A DNA stretch of 63,643 bases from a virus. Lineage: Duplodnaviria > Caudoviricetes. Positions 8,550 to 17,581 of this stretch are shown one piece after another; within the stretch, counting starts at the first letter, position 1, and every line of letters starts with the position of its first letter. Made by a program: the position numbers and the translations under genes. Under the pieces are notes generated by a model that was not told the DNA's origin, did not search any database, and saw only the letters and a list, made by a program, of their open reading frames with translations. The stretch covers positions 1 to 63,643 of the IMG/VR virus record IMGVR_UViG_3300045999_010097. One strand, 5' to 3'.

Positions 8550-10489
8550 TCTTTCGGTTCGACACGGAAACCTTTCCACTTCGCCCTGGTCGCCAGGCTC
8601 CGAAGTTGGTTTGTTTACAGTACGCTTTGGATGTCGACGGTGCTACCGCCCAGAACGGCCCCGTACAGGTCGTTCTGCGCGACACGGCTCGGGACGTGCT
8701 GACCGAAGTCCTTGATGGGGATGCCCTGCTTGAAGCCCATAATGGCGCCTTCGACCAAGTCGTAACGTGTGCGGCGTTTCCCGAACTTACTCCGAGGTGG
8801 TTTCGTGCTCTCGGACAGGGTCGAGGGCGCGATACGATGTTGCGAGATCAACTAATTCACATCAAAAACGGGTCATTGCAGGACCGTCAGCCAAAAGGAC
8901 ATTTCTCGTTGGCCGGGCTTGTCAAACGTAAGCTCGGCAAGGACTTGGATAAGTCTGAGGACACTTGGCGGCTGCGGTATGCCTTGTTGGATGGCGTCCC
9001 GGTAGATCAGTGGCCCCGTGCCGCCTACCAGTATGCCTACGACGATGTCGACTATCTTCGTCAAGTCTCGCGTGCCTTGACGGAAGAATTCGCCCCAGAA
9101 GATGAGTGGCTTCAGGTCGCCTCGGCGTTTTGTTTGAACCTTGCTCAGACTTGGGGTTTTCGTGTCGACCCCGAGCGGTGGCACTGGGTCAACGTGGCTT
9201 TGTTGACTCAAAAGCAAGAATCGGAACGTCTACTAGAGGAAGCCGGTCTATTCAAAGACGGTGCAATGCGTCAAGACGTTGTCCGTGCTGCCGTCGAACG
9301 GGCGTGTGCTCGGGCAGGGCGACCCGTACCGAAAACAAAACCATCGAGCAAGTTCCCTCTCGGGCAAACAAAAGCCGACGCCGAGACTTGCGAAGAACTC
9401 GTGGAATTCGACCCTGTACTTACTCAACTAGGAGTCCACACCACCGCAAACAAGATGATGTCGACTTACTTATCAGGCATGGCCTTCGGGATGACTTATG
9501 CGTGCGGTAGCCGCCCCAATGCTCTGGTTGCGTCTGGTCGAACCTCGTGGGGCGGATCTAAGTTGGACCAGCATAACCCTTGGTGGCCTACTCTGCCCGA
9601 GGGATTTGAATACGAGAAGGTCGAAGAACGAGTTGGTACCAACCTACAGAACTTCCCGCGAGAGGAAGGTATTAGAGATCTCATCAAACCTCGCGAAGGC
9701 AATTGGTGGCTTTCGGTAGATTACGACTCTCTTGAATTGCGTGCTTTGGCTCAGGTGACGTTGTGGATCTGCGGCGAATCCAATCTTGCAGCACGTTATC
9801 AAGAAAACCCTAATTTCGATCCGCACACAGAACTCGCCGCCACCTTGATGGGAGTATCCGGCGCCGAAGCTCTACAACTCAAGAAGATAGGCGACAAAAG
9901 GCTTAAGCACTTCCGCCAACTCGCTAAGGTCGCGAACTTTGGTTATATGGGAGGACTCGGCGCGAAGCGTTTTGTCGAATACGCTAAAGGGTCTTATGGA
10001 GTTGTCGTTACTCAAGACGACGCTTATCGCCTCAAAGATGCGTGGTTTGAAACGTGGCCTGAAATGCGTAAGTATTTCGAGTACGTTGCTTACACCTCTG
10101 AAGTTGGCGAACCCGTCCGACAGTTCATGTCGAACCGCATTCGCGGTGGCGTTGGGTTCACGGATGGGTGTAACACGCGAGTGCAAGGTTTGGCTGCCGA
10201 CGGAGCCAAGCGAGCCCTGTTTGCCGTGTCGCGTGCGTGCTACGTCGAACCGGGCGATGCGTTGTTTGGATCGCGAGTCATCACAATGATCCATGATGAA
10301 TTGTGCCTGGAAGTCCCATCGCAGTTGGCTCACGAGGCTGCTATTTCTTGTGTAGACCACATGGAGCGCGAGATGCGTGTTGTTCTGCCGGACATCCCAG
10401 TCAAGGCTACCCCTGCCTTGTCTACTGCTTGGATCAAGGCAGCCGAACCTGCCTATGATTCTACGGGTCGCTTGATTCCTTGGGGTTGA
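8546..10489 (+). CDS. polA: DNA polymerase family A with 3'-5' exonuclease
   Basis: Exo motifs DTET, HNGAFD, YAYDD; pol motif A DYDSLELR, motif B RQLAKVANFG, motif C HDE. Confidence 0.95.
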   Translation: MIFRFDTETFPLRPGRQAPKLVCLQYALDVDGATAQNGPVQVVLRDTARDVLTEVLDGDALLEAHNGAFDQVVTCAAFPELTPRWFRALGQGRGRDTMLRDQLIHIKNGSLQDRQPKGHFSLAGLVKRKLGKDLDKSEDTWRLRYALLDGVPVDQWPRAAYQYAYDDVDYLRQVSRALTEEFAPEDEWLQVASAFCLNLAQTWGFRVDPERWHWVNVALLTQKQESERLLEEAGLFKDGAMRQDVVRAAVERACARAGRPVPKTKPSSKFPLGQTKADAETCEELVEFDPVLTQLGVHTTANKMMSTYLSGMAFGMTYACGSRPNALVASGRTSWGGSKLDQHNPWWPTLPEGFEYEKVEERVGTNLQNFPREEGIRDLIKPREGNWWLSVDYDSLELRALAQVTLWICGESNLAARYQENPNFDPHTELAATLMGVSGAEALQLKKIGDKRLKHFRQLAKVANFGYMGGLGAKRFVEYAKGSYGVVVTQDDAYRLKDAWFETWPEMRKYFEYVAYTSEVGEPVRQFMSNRIRGGVGFTDGCNTRVQGLAADGAKRALFAVSRACYVEPGDALFGSRVITMIHDELCLEVPSQLAHEAAISCVDHMEREMRVVLPDIPVKATPALSTAWIKAAEPAYDSTGRLIPWG

Positions 10490-10530
10490 CGACCGGAGCG
10501 TCGTGTTTCTAGTGTAACCAGGAGGTCCAA

Positions 10531-11445
10531 ATGGCAGTCAAATCCTACCCTTCTTTGTACACCATCGGGCACAAAGGTATCGGTGACATTTTCGATGGTG
10601 ATGTTGTCGTGCAGGAGAAGGTGGACGGGTCGCAATTTTCGTTTCAAATCCGCGACGGCGAAGTAGAGATTCGCAGTAAAGGAGCAGAGCTTAATTTGGT
10701 GGCCCCAGCCAAGATGTTCGCGGCTGGCGTGGCTGCCGTAAAAGCAATCGCTCATTTACTTCGTCCTGGCTATATCTATCGTGGTGAATACCTCCGTGCG
10801 CCGAAGCACAATACCCTAGCTTACGACAGGATTCCAAAAAACCACGTAGCTCTTTTTGATATCGAAGATACCAATAAAGGAGATAGTTACTTTCTCAGCC
10901 CAGAGGAATTGGTTGCTGAAGCTGACAGATTGGGATTTGATGTTGCTCCGGTAATTTATGTCGGTTGTATTAAATCAGCCGACAGGTTACACGCTATGTT
11001 GGACCGTGTGTCTTTGTTGGGTGGCGCAAAAATTGAAGGTGTTGTAGTAAAGAACTACGCCAGATTCACGCAAGACAAGCATGTGATGATGGGTAAGTTT
11101 GTTTCTGAAGCGTTCAAAGAAATCCACGCTGGTGAATGGCGAAAGAACAACCCTACTCAAAGCGATATTCTGAATCAACTTATCGAACGCTACCGAACCC
11201 CTGCTCGATGGGCTAAGGCGGTTCAGCATCTACGCGAAGACGTCAAAATTACAGACACACCTAAAGATATTGGTTTGCTCGTCAAAGAAATCGGAGATGA
11301 TGTTGAGCGAGAATGTGCGGCTGAAATTAGAGATATTTTGTTTGCTCACTTCTGGCCAAACATCCGTCGTGGTTTGATGCGCGGAATGCCTGAATGGTAC
11401 AAGGAGCAAGTTATGACCCTGTCCTTCCAGGGAGAAGACAAATGA
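10531..11445 (+). CDS. ATP-dependent RNA ligase (Rnl2-like)
   Basis: Nucleotidyltransferase motifs EKVDGSQF (I), GEY (III), FDI (IIIa), EGVVVK (IV), GKFV (V); AGGAGG RBS. Confidence 0.8.
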   Translation: MAVKSYPSLYTIGHKGIGDIFDGDVVVQEKVDGSQFSFQIRDGEVEIRSKGAELNLVAPAKMFAAGVAAVKAIAHLLRPGYIYRGEYLRAPKHNTLAYDRIPKNHVALFDIEDTNKGDSYFLSPEELVAEADRLGFDVAPVIYVGCIKSADRLHAMLDRVSLLGGAKIEGVVVKNYARFTQDKHVMMGKFVSEAFKEIHAGEWRKNNPTQSDILNQLIERYRTPARWAKAVQHLREDVKITDTPKDIGLLVKEIGDDVERECAAEIRDILFAHFWPNIRRGLMRGMPEWYKEQVMTLSFQGEDK

Positions 11446-11687
11446 AATACTCCGTAAACGATTTCAATAAGGCAATGACCTCGTTGGATACGTCGGTCGT
11501 TGAACAGAATCGTGCTGTCGAACAGATGAACTACGACGTAGTCGATATCGTGAATCAAGTCATTGCGGCTGATGAACCTAGTGCGACTATCACTCGGATT
11601 CCGTTGAACACACCACAAGATATCGCTTTTGTGATGGCTCAAGTGGCTGCACGCATGCGAATTCTCTTGGCGAAAAGGAGGCAGTAA
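11442..11687 (+). CDS. Hypothetical protein
   Basis: ATG at 11442 after GGAGAAG; coupled to both neighbours. Confidence 0.6.
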   Translation: MKYSVNDFNKAMTSLDTSVVEQNRAVEQMNYDVVDIVNQVIAADEPSATITRIPLNTPQDIAFVMAQVAARMRILLAKRRQ

Positions 11688-12196
11688 TGGTCGCTCATCT
11701 GAACGCCGGACATTTTCAAGCCTGGCGCACACCCAAAAGAATCTACGAACAACTCTCCAAAGAGGCGGGTGGCTACTGTGCCGACCTATTCGCCGACAAA
11801 GACAACGCGCTGCACTCAAAGTTCTTCACTGAGAGCGAAGACGCCATCATGCAACAATGGGCTTTCCCTGGTGAAGTAGCCTTCGCCAACCCTCCTTACG
11901 GAGGACACTTTCAAGAAGAGGCTCTTGCTAAGGCCATCACCGAAGTACGTACTGCTAAGCGTCTTCGCGGTGTTGACCTGCTCGTTCAAGCCAGCGTCTC
12001 CACGAAGTGGTTTTTGCGAGCTGTGAAGGAATGCGATGTACAACTCTTTCATGGTCGCATCCAGTTTGACGTTCCTGTTGGCATGGACAACCCCCGTCGC
12101 CCTTCGTTCAGCAACGCCTTGATTCAGGTTAGGGACCGTCGCGGTAAAGGCGTTACGGGCATGCGCTCGGCTAAGACCGGTGCTATCATCCCATGA
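11687..12196 (+). CDS. Phage DNA N6-adenine methyltransferase (lambdoid Dam-like)
   Basis: WRTP, DLFA, catalytic NPPY, STKWF, GRIQF pattern of the phage Dam family. Confidence 0.85.
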   Translation: MVAHLNAGHFQAWRTPKRIYEQLSKEAGGYCADLFADKDNALHSKFFTESEDAIMQQWAFPGEVAFANPPYGGHFQEEALAKAITEVRTAKRLRGVDLLVQASVSTKWFLRAVKECDVQLFHGRIQFDVPVGMDNPRRPSFSNALIQVRDRRGKGVTGMRSAKTGAIIP

Positions 12197-12714
12197 TGGT
12201 CCATACACTCCTCGCCGTCGATCCCGGTAAGTCTGATGCTGGGGTCGCCTTCTTCGTCGACAACATCCTCACCGATGCACACTTTTTGGAGGTTCCGTCA
12301 GGGTCACCTTACGAAGTGGCCAAGATCGTGGCTGCCTGGGCGAGGCGCTGCATGATGAACCTGGGCGACCCTGATGGACGCATCACTCATCTAGTGGTCG
12401 AGGGGCAGCAAATCTATCGAGGGGACCGCCGTGACCCCAACGACTTGATTCCGCTGGCGCAGACTGTCGGAGGCGTGATGGCCCGAGTCGACGCTTTCGA
12501 GCGGGAGGTCATTCTTCCTCGAATCTGGACCGGAGGTATCCCGAAAGAGGTCCGGCAGCGCCATTTTCTAGCTGCGGCTTCTGAATGGGAGCGTGATATG
12601 TTGATGGCGATCCGCCCAGCCAAGAAAAGGCACAACGCTATTGACGCTGTTATGTTGGGTGCCTATGTCTTGGGCAGACTACCTACCGAACCCGAAGGTG
12701 GTTATGTCCAATAG
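12193..12714 (+). CDS. RuvC-like Holliday junction resolvase
   Basis: LAVDPG, VVEGQ, PxxW, H-N-x-x-D-A acidic triad pattern. Confidence 0.7.
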   Translation: MMVHTLLAVDPGKSDAGVAFFVDNILTDAHFLEVPSGSPYEVAKIVAAWARRCMMNLGDPDGRITHLVVEGQQIYRGDRRDPNDLIPLAQTVGGVMARVDAFEREVILPRIWTGGIPKEVRQRHFLAAASEWERDMLMAIRPAKKRHNAIDAVMLGAYVLGRLPTEPEGGYVQ

Positions 12715-12722
12715 GAGCGACT

Positions 12723-12911
12723 GTGACTTTACTCGCCATCACCGTAACAGCTTTGTTCACATTGGCGTTATTCGCCTTGGTGACTGCCGCTGTACAGAAA
12801 GACAAGGATCTTCTTATCAACGCGCTTCTAACCATCGTTAGCGGTGTAGTTTTGCTATCTATTCCGTTCGTGTATCGTGGTGTGCTTTTTCTTGTGAGTG
12901 GTGAACAATGA
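12723..12911 (+). CDS. Small membrane protein
   Basis: AGGAG RBS; two hydrophobic segments. Confidence 0.55.
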   Translation: MTLLAITVTALFTLALFALVTAAVQKDKDLLINALLTIVSGVVLLSIPFVYRGVLFLVSGEQ

Positions 12912-13471
12912 TTCGCACAAACGACGACGAACGAGTTGCAAGCAATGTGTCTCTTTTCAAAACACGAGTAGAACAAACGACCTCCGTCGGTTCTATGGCT
13001 GAGTATGTGCATCTCGCCAAGTCCCTGGTCGAGTTGCGTCGTGCCAAAGACTATGTCAAAGCACGCAAGGAGCAAATCACAGCGCCTGCTAAGGCTTTGA
13101 CCGACACAGCGAAAGAGTGGTTCGGCGCTACTGAAAAGGCTATTGACTCTACAGAGAAGCGTCTCAAGGATTTGCTTGAAGTTTTCATCGAGACACGAGC
13201 GGATACAGCACAAGGTGAGTCAAAAGCTGCCCTTGATGCCGGTGACGTTCAGAAGTCGATCGCATTAATGACGATCGTCCCTGACGTTGAGGGGTTATCG
13301 ATCCGCAACGAAGTCGCGTTTGAGGTCATCGATTACAACGCGGTGCCTGACGAGTTCTTTGAACGAACTATTCGCACGTCTGCTATCAAGACAGCCCTCA
13401 AAGCAGGCGAACAAATCCCCGGCATCGTCCGCAAGGACCGTGTTCAGATTGCCATCTCAACTAAGGATTGA
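12908..13471 (+). CDS. Coiled-coil protein resembling siphovirus Gp157/Gam-like proteins
   Basis: Helical N-terminus; C-terminal VPDEF...IKTALKAGEQIPG signature. Confidence 0.55.
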   Translation: MIRTNDDERVASNVSLFKTRVEQTTSVGSMAEYVHLAKSLVELRRAKDYVKARKEQITAPAKALTDTAKEWFGATEKAIDSTEKRLKDLLEVFIETRADTAQGESKAALDAGDVQKSIALMTIVPDVEGLSIRNEVAFEVIDYNAVPDEFFERTIRTSAIKTALKAGEQIPGIVRKDRVQIAISTKD

Positions 13472-13474
13472 AAA

Positions 13475-14242
13475 ATGGACATCGTAATTCCGGCCTATGG
13501 CAACCTCGACATTACTTCTCGTGCTTTTTTCGGGTGCGCCCTGAACGCCCCCAAAGGAGCAAAAATCACGTTGGTTGACAACGGTTCTGGCGACGTCCTC
13601 ACCCCACTGAAGCCGGTTGTTGAGTCGCTGGGACATCGGTTTCTGAAGATCGAGGTCAACGTCGGCCCCTACGGGGCTGTGAATGCCGGTCTGGCTGAAG
13701 GTAACCACGACGTGGTGGCTGTTGTGTGCAACGACGTCGTTCCACTCCCATACGCTCTAGATCGTTTGCGCTCAGGTCTTGAGCGGTTTTCTATTGTTGG
13801 TGCTGTTGAACTACAGACATCACCGTACTGCACGGACGACTTGATCCTCGAAGCCGAAAACAAAGGGCTCTACAACCAGGAGAAGTTCACTCCTGGCGTG
13901 TTCTTCTCTTGTTTCGTCACCACCCGAGCAGTTTTTTCTAAGGTCGGGATGTTCGACAGCCGTTTCAAGCTGACCTTCGGTGACACTGACTGGGAACAAC
14001 GAGCAGCAGACGCCGGTTGTGCCTACATGCGGGCCAATCACGCCCCTGTGTTTCATGGGTCGTCAGTCACCCGCAAACGACTCGGTTTGGATGCTGACAT
14101 GCGTGTCGACACCGCTGACCACAAGGTGTTCTTGGAGAAGTGGCAGCATCGCCCCGACGTCGTAGCCAAACACCCCCTCGAAAACCCCGACTTCAAGAGA
14201 GCGTTTGTTAAGAACGAGTGGTCCTATCGGGGAGAAACATGA
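13475..14242 (+). CDS. Glycosyltransferase family 2
   Basis: DIVIPAY, LVDNGS, NAGL, CNDV (DxD-like), GMFDSRF..FGDTDW. Confidence 0.9.
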   Translation: MDIVIPAYGNLDITSRAFFGCALNAPKGAKITLVDNGSGDVLTPLKPVVESLGHRFLKIEVNVGPYGAVNAGLAEGNHDVVAVVCNDVVPLPYALDRLRSGLERFSIVGAVELQTSPYCTDDLILEAENKGLYNQEKFTPGVFFSCFVTTRAVFSKVGMFDSRFKLTFGDTDWEQRAADAGCAYMRANHAPVFHGSSVTRKRLGLDADMRVDTADHKVFLEKWQHRPDVVAKHPLENPDFKRAFVKNEWSYRGET

Positions 14243-14856
14243 TCGATCTCGTCATTTTTGATATGGACGGTGTTCTGGTAGACCTCTGCCACGCCCACAG
14301 GGCTGCCTTCAGAGCCGCATTGGACGAGGTTACAGGGCATCATCTTGACCACGCTACAGAAAGATTCCTTGAAGGGCTGCCCACAACGGAAAAATGTCGG
14401 ATTCTGGGATTGCATAGCGACGTCACAGCAGCCGTGAACAAGCGCAAACAGGAACTCACAGGTCCTTTTTGTGAGAACTTGCGCCCCAACCAGAACCGTT
14501 ATGATGCTGTGCTCGCCGCTGCGGAGGATCATCAGGTCGTCTGTTACTCGAACTCCCTCCCCAGCACGGCTTTGGTGGCGTTGAGGCAGGTACGACTGCT
14601 CGACCTGTTGGCCGGTGTCTACGGTTCTTCTGATGTGCCGGTGCCAAAACCCAGCCCTGAAGGGTACAACAAGATCATGCGTGACTTCAATGTCCAACCG
14701 GACCAGGTTCTGGTTTTCGAGGATTCCCCTCCAGGGATACAAGCCGCAGCAGACGCCGGTTGTTTTGTTGTACCCACTTCCCTAGAATTCATCACAGCAG
14801 CTAACGTGCGCTTTGCGATCACCCAGACCAATGAGATCATCCGATGCAACTACTGA
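14239..14856 (+). CDS. HAD-superfamily phosphatase (beta-PGM-like)
   Basis: FDMDGVL, SNS, KPSP, FEDS; ATG at 14239 after GGAGA. Confidence 0.9.
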   Translation: MIDLVIFDMDGVLVDLCHAHRAAFRAALDEVTGHHLDHATERFLEGLPTTEKCRILGLHSDVTAAVNKRKQELTGPFCENLRPNQNRYDAVLAAAEDHQVVCYSNSLPSTALVALRQVRLLDLLAGVYGSSDVPVPKPSPEGYNKIMRDFNVQPDQVLVFEDSPPGIQAAADAGCFVVPTSLEFITAANVRFAITQTNEIIRCNY

Positions 14857-15521
14857 TTCCAGCCGCCGGTCTTGGCAGCCGCTTTACGACTGCCGGTTAC
14901 ACAACGCCGAAGCCCCTGCTCCCGGTCGACGGTGTTCCTATGATCCGTCGGGTGGTCGACGACTGTGTTGCTGCCTTTGGTCAGTTCAGCCGAATCACGA
15001 TTGCCGTGTCCTCCCCGCGTCTTGAGTCTTTCAAGAATGCTTTGCGAGGCATGGACATACACTTCGTACTCATTGATGAGTTGACCCGAGGTGCGGCTGA
15101 GACAGCTTTGTTTTGTCGGGAGCACTGTCTTGCAGAACAACCTCTGGTTGTGGCAAACTCGGATCAGGTGTTCTCTGTTCACAGCAGAGTTGATACAGCA
15201 ACCAACGGATGCCTTGTATTCCCCAACGACGGACAGACGAAGTGGTCTTTTGTTCGTGAAGGTAAGGTCATTGAGAAACCCCCTTCCGTGTTCGTTGATG
15301 ACGTACCGACTTGTGGGGTGTATTGGTGGAAGTCTTCGCAGGAGTTCTTCGACGCGGCTGCGGACGCCATTGCGAGTGACGAGCGACACGGTCCCAACCA
15401 AGAGTTCTACATCGCGCCGCTGTTGAACCGGTCTACCTTTCGAGTCGAGCAGGTCCGTCATTTCGCTGGTTTGGGCACTCCGGAAGATTACCAGACGTAT
15501 CTCTCGTCAAGGAGCAAGTAA
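14844..15521 (+). CDS. Sugar-phosphate nucleotidyltransferase
   Basis: LIPAAGLGSRF...PKPLL, TRGAAET, NSDQ, IEKP, LGTPED. Confidence 0.9.
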   Translation: MQLLIPAAGLGSRFTTAGYTTPKPLLPVDGVPMIRRVVDDCVAAFGQFSRITIAVSSPRLESFKNALRGMDIHFVLIDELTRGAAETALFCREHCLAEQPLVVANSDQVFSVHSRVDTATNGCLVFPNDGQTKWSFVREGKVIEKPPSVFVDDVPTCGVYWWKSSQEFFDAAADAIASDERHGPNQEFYIAPLLNRSTFRVEQVRHFAGLGTPEDYQTYLSSRSK

Positions 15522-16295
15522 ATGGCCAAGCAGAAGAAGGTCTTGATCGTCAGCGATATTCATTTTCCCAACCACGATCCCAAAGCTGTGGTCACGTTCC
15601 TGACGTTCCTGCGTCACTTCAAACCCCACAAAGTCATCCTGAATGGTGACATCCACGACTTCAAGGGCCTGTCCAAACACGACGACGCCGCGACGAACAT
15701 GTCTCGCGTGCAGTCAGAAACCACGATGGTGGCCGATTTCCTCGATGGCATCCGCCGCGAAGGCACACGGGGTATGGAGATCGATCTCCACGAAGGTAAC
15801 CACGACCAGCGTCTGACGACCTACGTCGCGCATCGAGCGCCTCACCTTGATGGGCTCATGTCTCTGCCGAGCCTGCTTGACCTTAAAAGGCGTCGTGTTA
15901 GTTGGATGAACTATTCGGCGGACAATGTCAACTTCATTAGCCCAAAGCTCGGTGTCACACATGGCACACTCCACGGTACAAACTACGCCCGCGACTACCT
16001 CTACAAGTACGGTGTGTCCTTGATCGTGGGTCACGCGCATCGACCGCAGTATGCATCTGTCCCCGTCGTCTCCCGCGACGGGCAACACACCAGGGCCTGT
16101 TGGGGACTTGGCTGCCTTGTTCCTGTTCAGCACGTCTCCTTCCCCCGTCATCCATCGGGCTGGACTCAGGGCTGGGGGATTGCCCTCATCGATGAGCGGG
16201 ACGGGGACTTTGATGTCCATCAGATCAACCTGACCCGAGGTCGGGTGCGCTGGGTTGATGGTAAGACTTACGGTCCGAACGGAAAGGTAGGTTGA
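15522..16295 (+). CDS. Calcineurin-like metallophosphoesterase
   Basis: SDIH, NGDIHD, GNHD, HG, GHAH. Confidence 0.9.
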   Translation: MAKQKKVLIVSDIHFPNHDPKAVVTFLTFLRHFKPHKVILNGDIHDFKGLSKHDDAATNMSRVQSETTMVADFLDGIRREGTRGMEIDLHEGNHDQRLTTYVAHRAPHLDGLMSLPSLLDLKRRRVSWMNYSADNVNFISPKLGVTHGTLHGTNYARDYLYKYGVSLIVGHAHRPQYASVPVVSRDGQHTRACWGLGCLVPVQHVSFPRHPSGWTQGWGIALIDERDGDFDVHQINLTRGRVRWVDGKTYGPNGKVG

Positions 16296-16296
16296 C

Positions 16297-17166
16297 ATGG
16301 AATCCGTCGCTAAGATTATCTGTGATTCAAAGCACTTCAACGGCGGTCGCTTAACGACAATGGAACTCGACGTACCGACGTGCGTGCTTGCTCAGTTCAA
16401 TACACACCGGATGTTCTCTCGTAACGCGGCTTCCATGAGAGCTATTCCGACCAAGCGTATTATTTCGGCTGTCAAGGCTGAAGCCTACGAGCCTGAGTGG
16501 CTTTCCAACAAGGCAGGTATGCAAGGTGGCGAACCCATCAAGCACCCTCGACTGGCCAAAGTCGTTTGGCAAGTGGCTTTGCTTACCTCTGCTTTTTTCG
16601 TCACTCTGCTCGCTCGATTGGGACTCCATAAGCAAGTTGTCAACCGCCTCTTGAGTCCTTGGTCATATACCAAGGTTGTGGTGACTGGCACGGACGAAGC
16701 CTGGGCCAATTTCTTGGCCCTTCGTGCGGAGCCTCACGCAGATCCGGCACTACAGCGTGTTGCTCGGGCGGCTGCCTATGCCTTGGCGCACTCTATTCCG
16801 CGTGTTTTGCAACTAGGTGAGTGGCACTTGCCTTATTGGCATCAAACCTCGACGCGAGGCCCTTCAGGCCCGAAACAAGGCATCATTCAGTCTGTAGCGA
16901 GGTGCGCTCGGGTGTCTTACGCCACTTTTGACGCGCCTGAGACGATCAGCAGCTTTGAAAAAGATCTGGATTTGTACAAAAAACTGCTTGAAAACGATCC
17001 AAAACACAGTTCTCCAGCAGAACACCAGGCATGCGCAGTTCTATCGGCTGATCAGGGCGGAAATCTCGGTCCAGGTTGGATGCAATACCGTAAAACCTTG
17101 GCCAGCGAAGCCAATTTGGACCTGAACCACGAGTTCGTTCGTCTAGGCTACGAACCGACCCCTTGA
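16297..17166 (+). CDS. thyX: FAD-dependent thymidylate synthase
   Basis: QFNTHRMFSRNAASMRA (ThyX motif variant), NRLL, WANFLALR, ARCARVSY, HSSPAEH. Confidence 0.85.
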   Translation: MESVAKIICDSKHFNGGRLTTMELDVPTCVLAQFNTHRMFSRNAASMRAIPTKRIISAVKAEAYEPEWLSNKAGMQGGEPIKHPRLAKVVWQVALLTSAFFVTLLARLGLHKQVVNRLLSPWSYTKVVVTGTDEAWANFLALRAEPHADPALQRVARAAAYALAHSIPRVLQLGEWHLPYWHQTSTRGPSGPKQGIIQSVARCARVSYATFDAPETISSFEKDLDLYKKLLENDPKHSSPAEHQACAVLSADQGGNLGPGWMQYRKTLASEANLDLNHEFVRLGYEPTP

Positions 17167-17211
17167 CGCCTTTACGGATCGGCTTAGATTGCTCGTAACA
17201 GGAGCAAAAAC

Positions 17212-17451
17212 ATGCTGAACATCATCCTCGTCTCGCTTGTCGGTAGTTTCGTTGGTACGATTGTTGGTTACACGGGTATGACGCTGGTTTTGGGTGTCAT
17301 GGCCCAGCGAGAAGCTAAGCGCCGTTCTGACAAGGTTAACGCTGAGTTGGCTGCCCTGCGCGAGGAAATGCAGACGCGGGTGTATGCGGCGTTGGCCTCA
17401 GAAGCGCTTCAGGACGCGACTGAAACCGGCCATATTCGTGCAGAAGCATGA
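17212..17451 (+). CDS. Small membrane-anchored coiled-coil protein
   Basis: AGGAG RBS; sigma70-like TTGACG-N17-TAGATT upstream; hydrophobic N-terminus. Confidence 0.6.
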   Translation: MLNIILVSLVGSFVGTIVGYTGMTLVLGVMAQREAKRRSDKVNAELAALREEMQTRVYAALASEALQDATETGHIRAEA

Positions 17452-17581
17452 ATTCAGTGAAAAACTAAGCAAATTATTGGTCGTGAGTCCAATAATTTTC
17501 TTTTTGTGCCTGGGTGTGTACGCCTGTCTTTTAGCGGAAGTGCTAGACTAGGCGGTCCCACCTCAGCCTTAGGGACAAAGC

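Noticed and set aside
8546-10489. Z-genome (DpoZ/PurZ) system
   Set aside because: No PurZ or DatZ-like gene recognised; MazG alone is not sufficient
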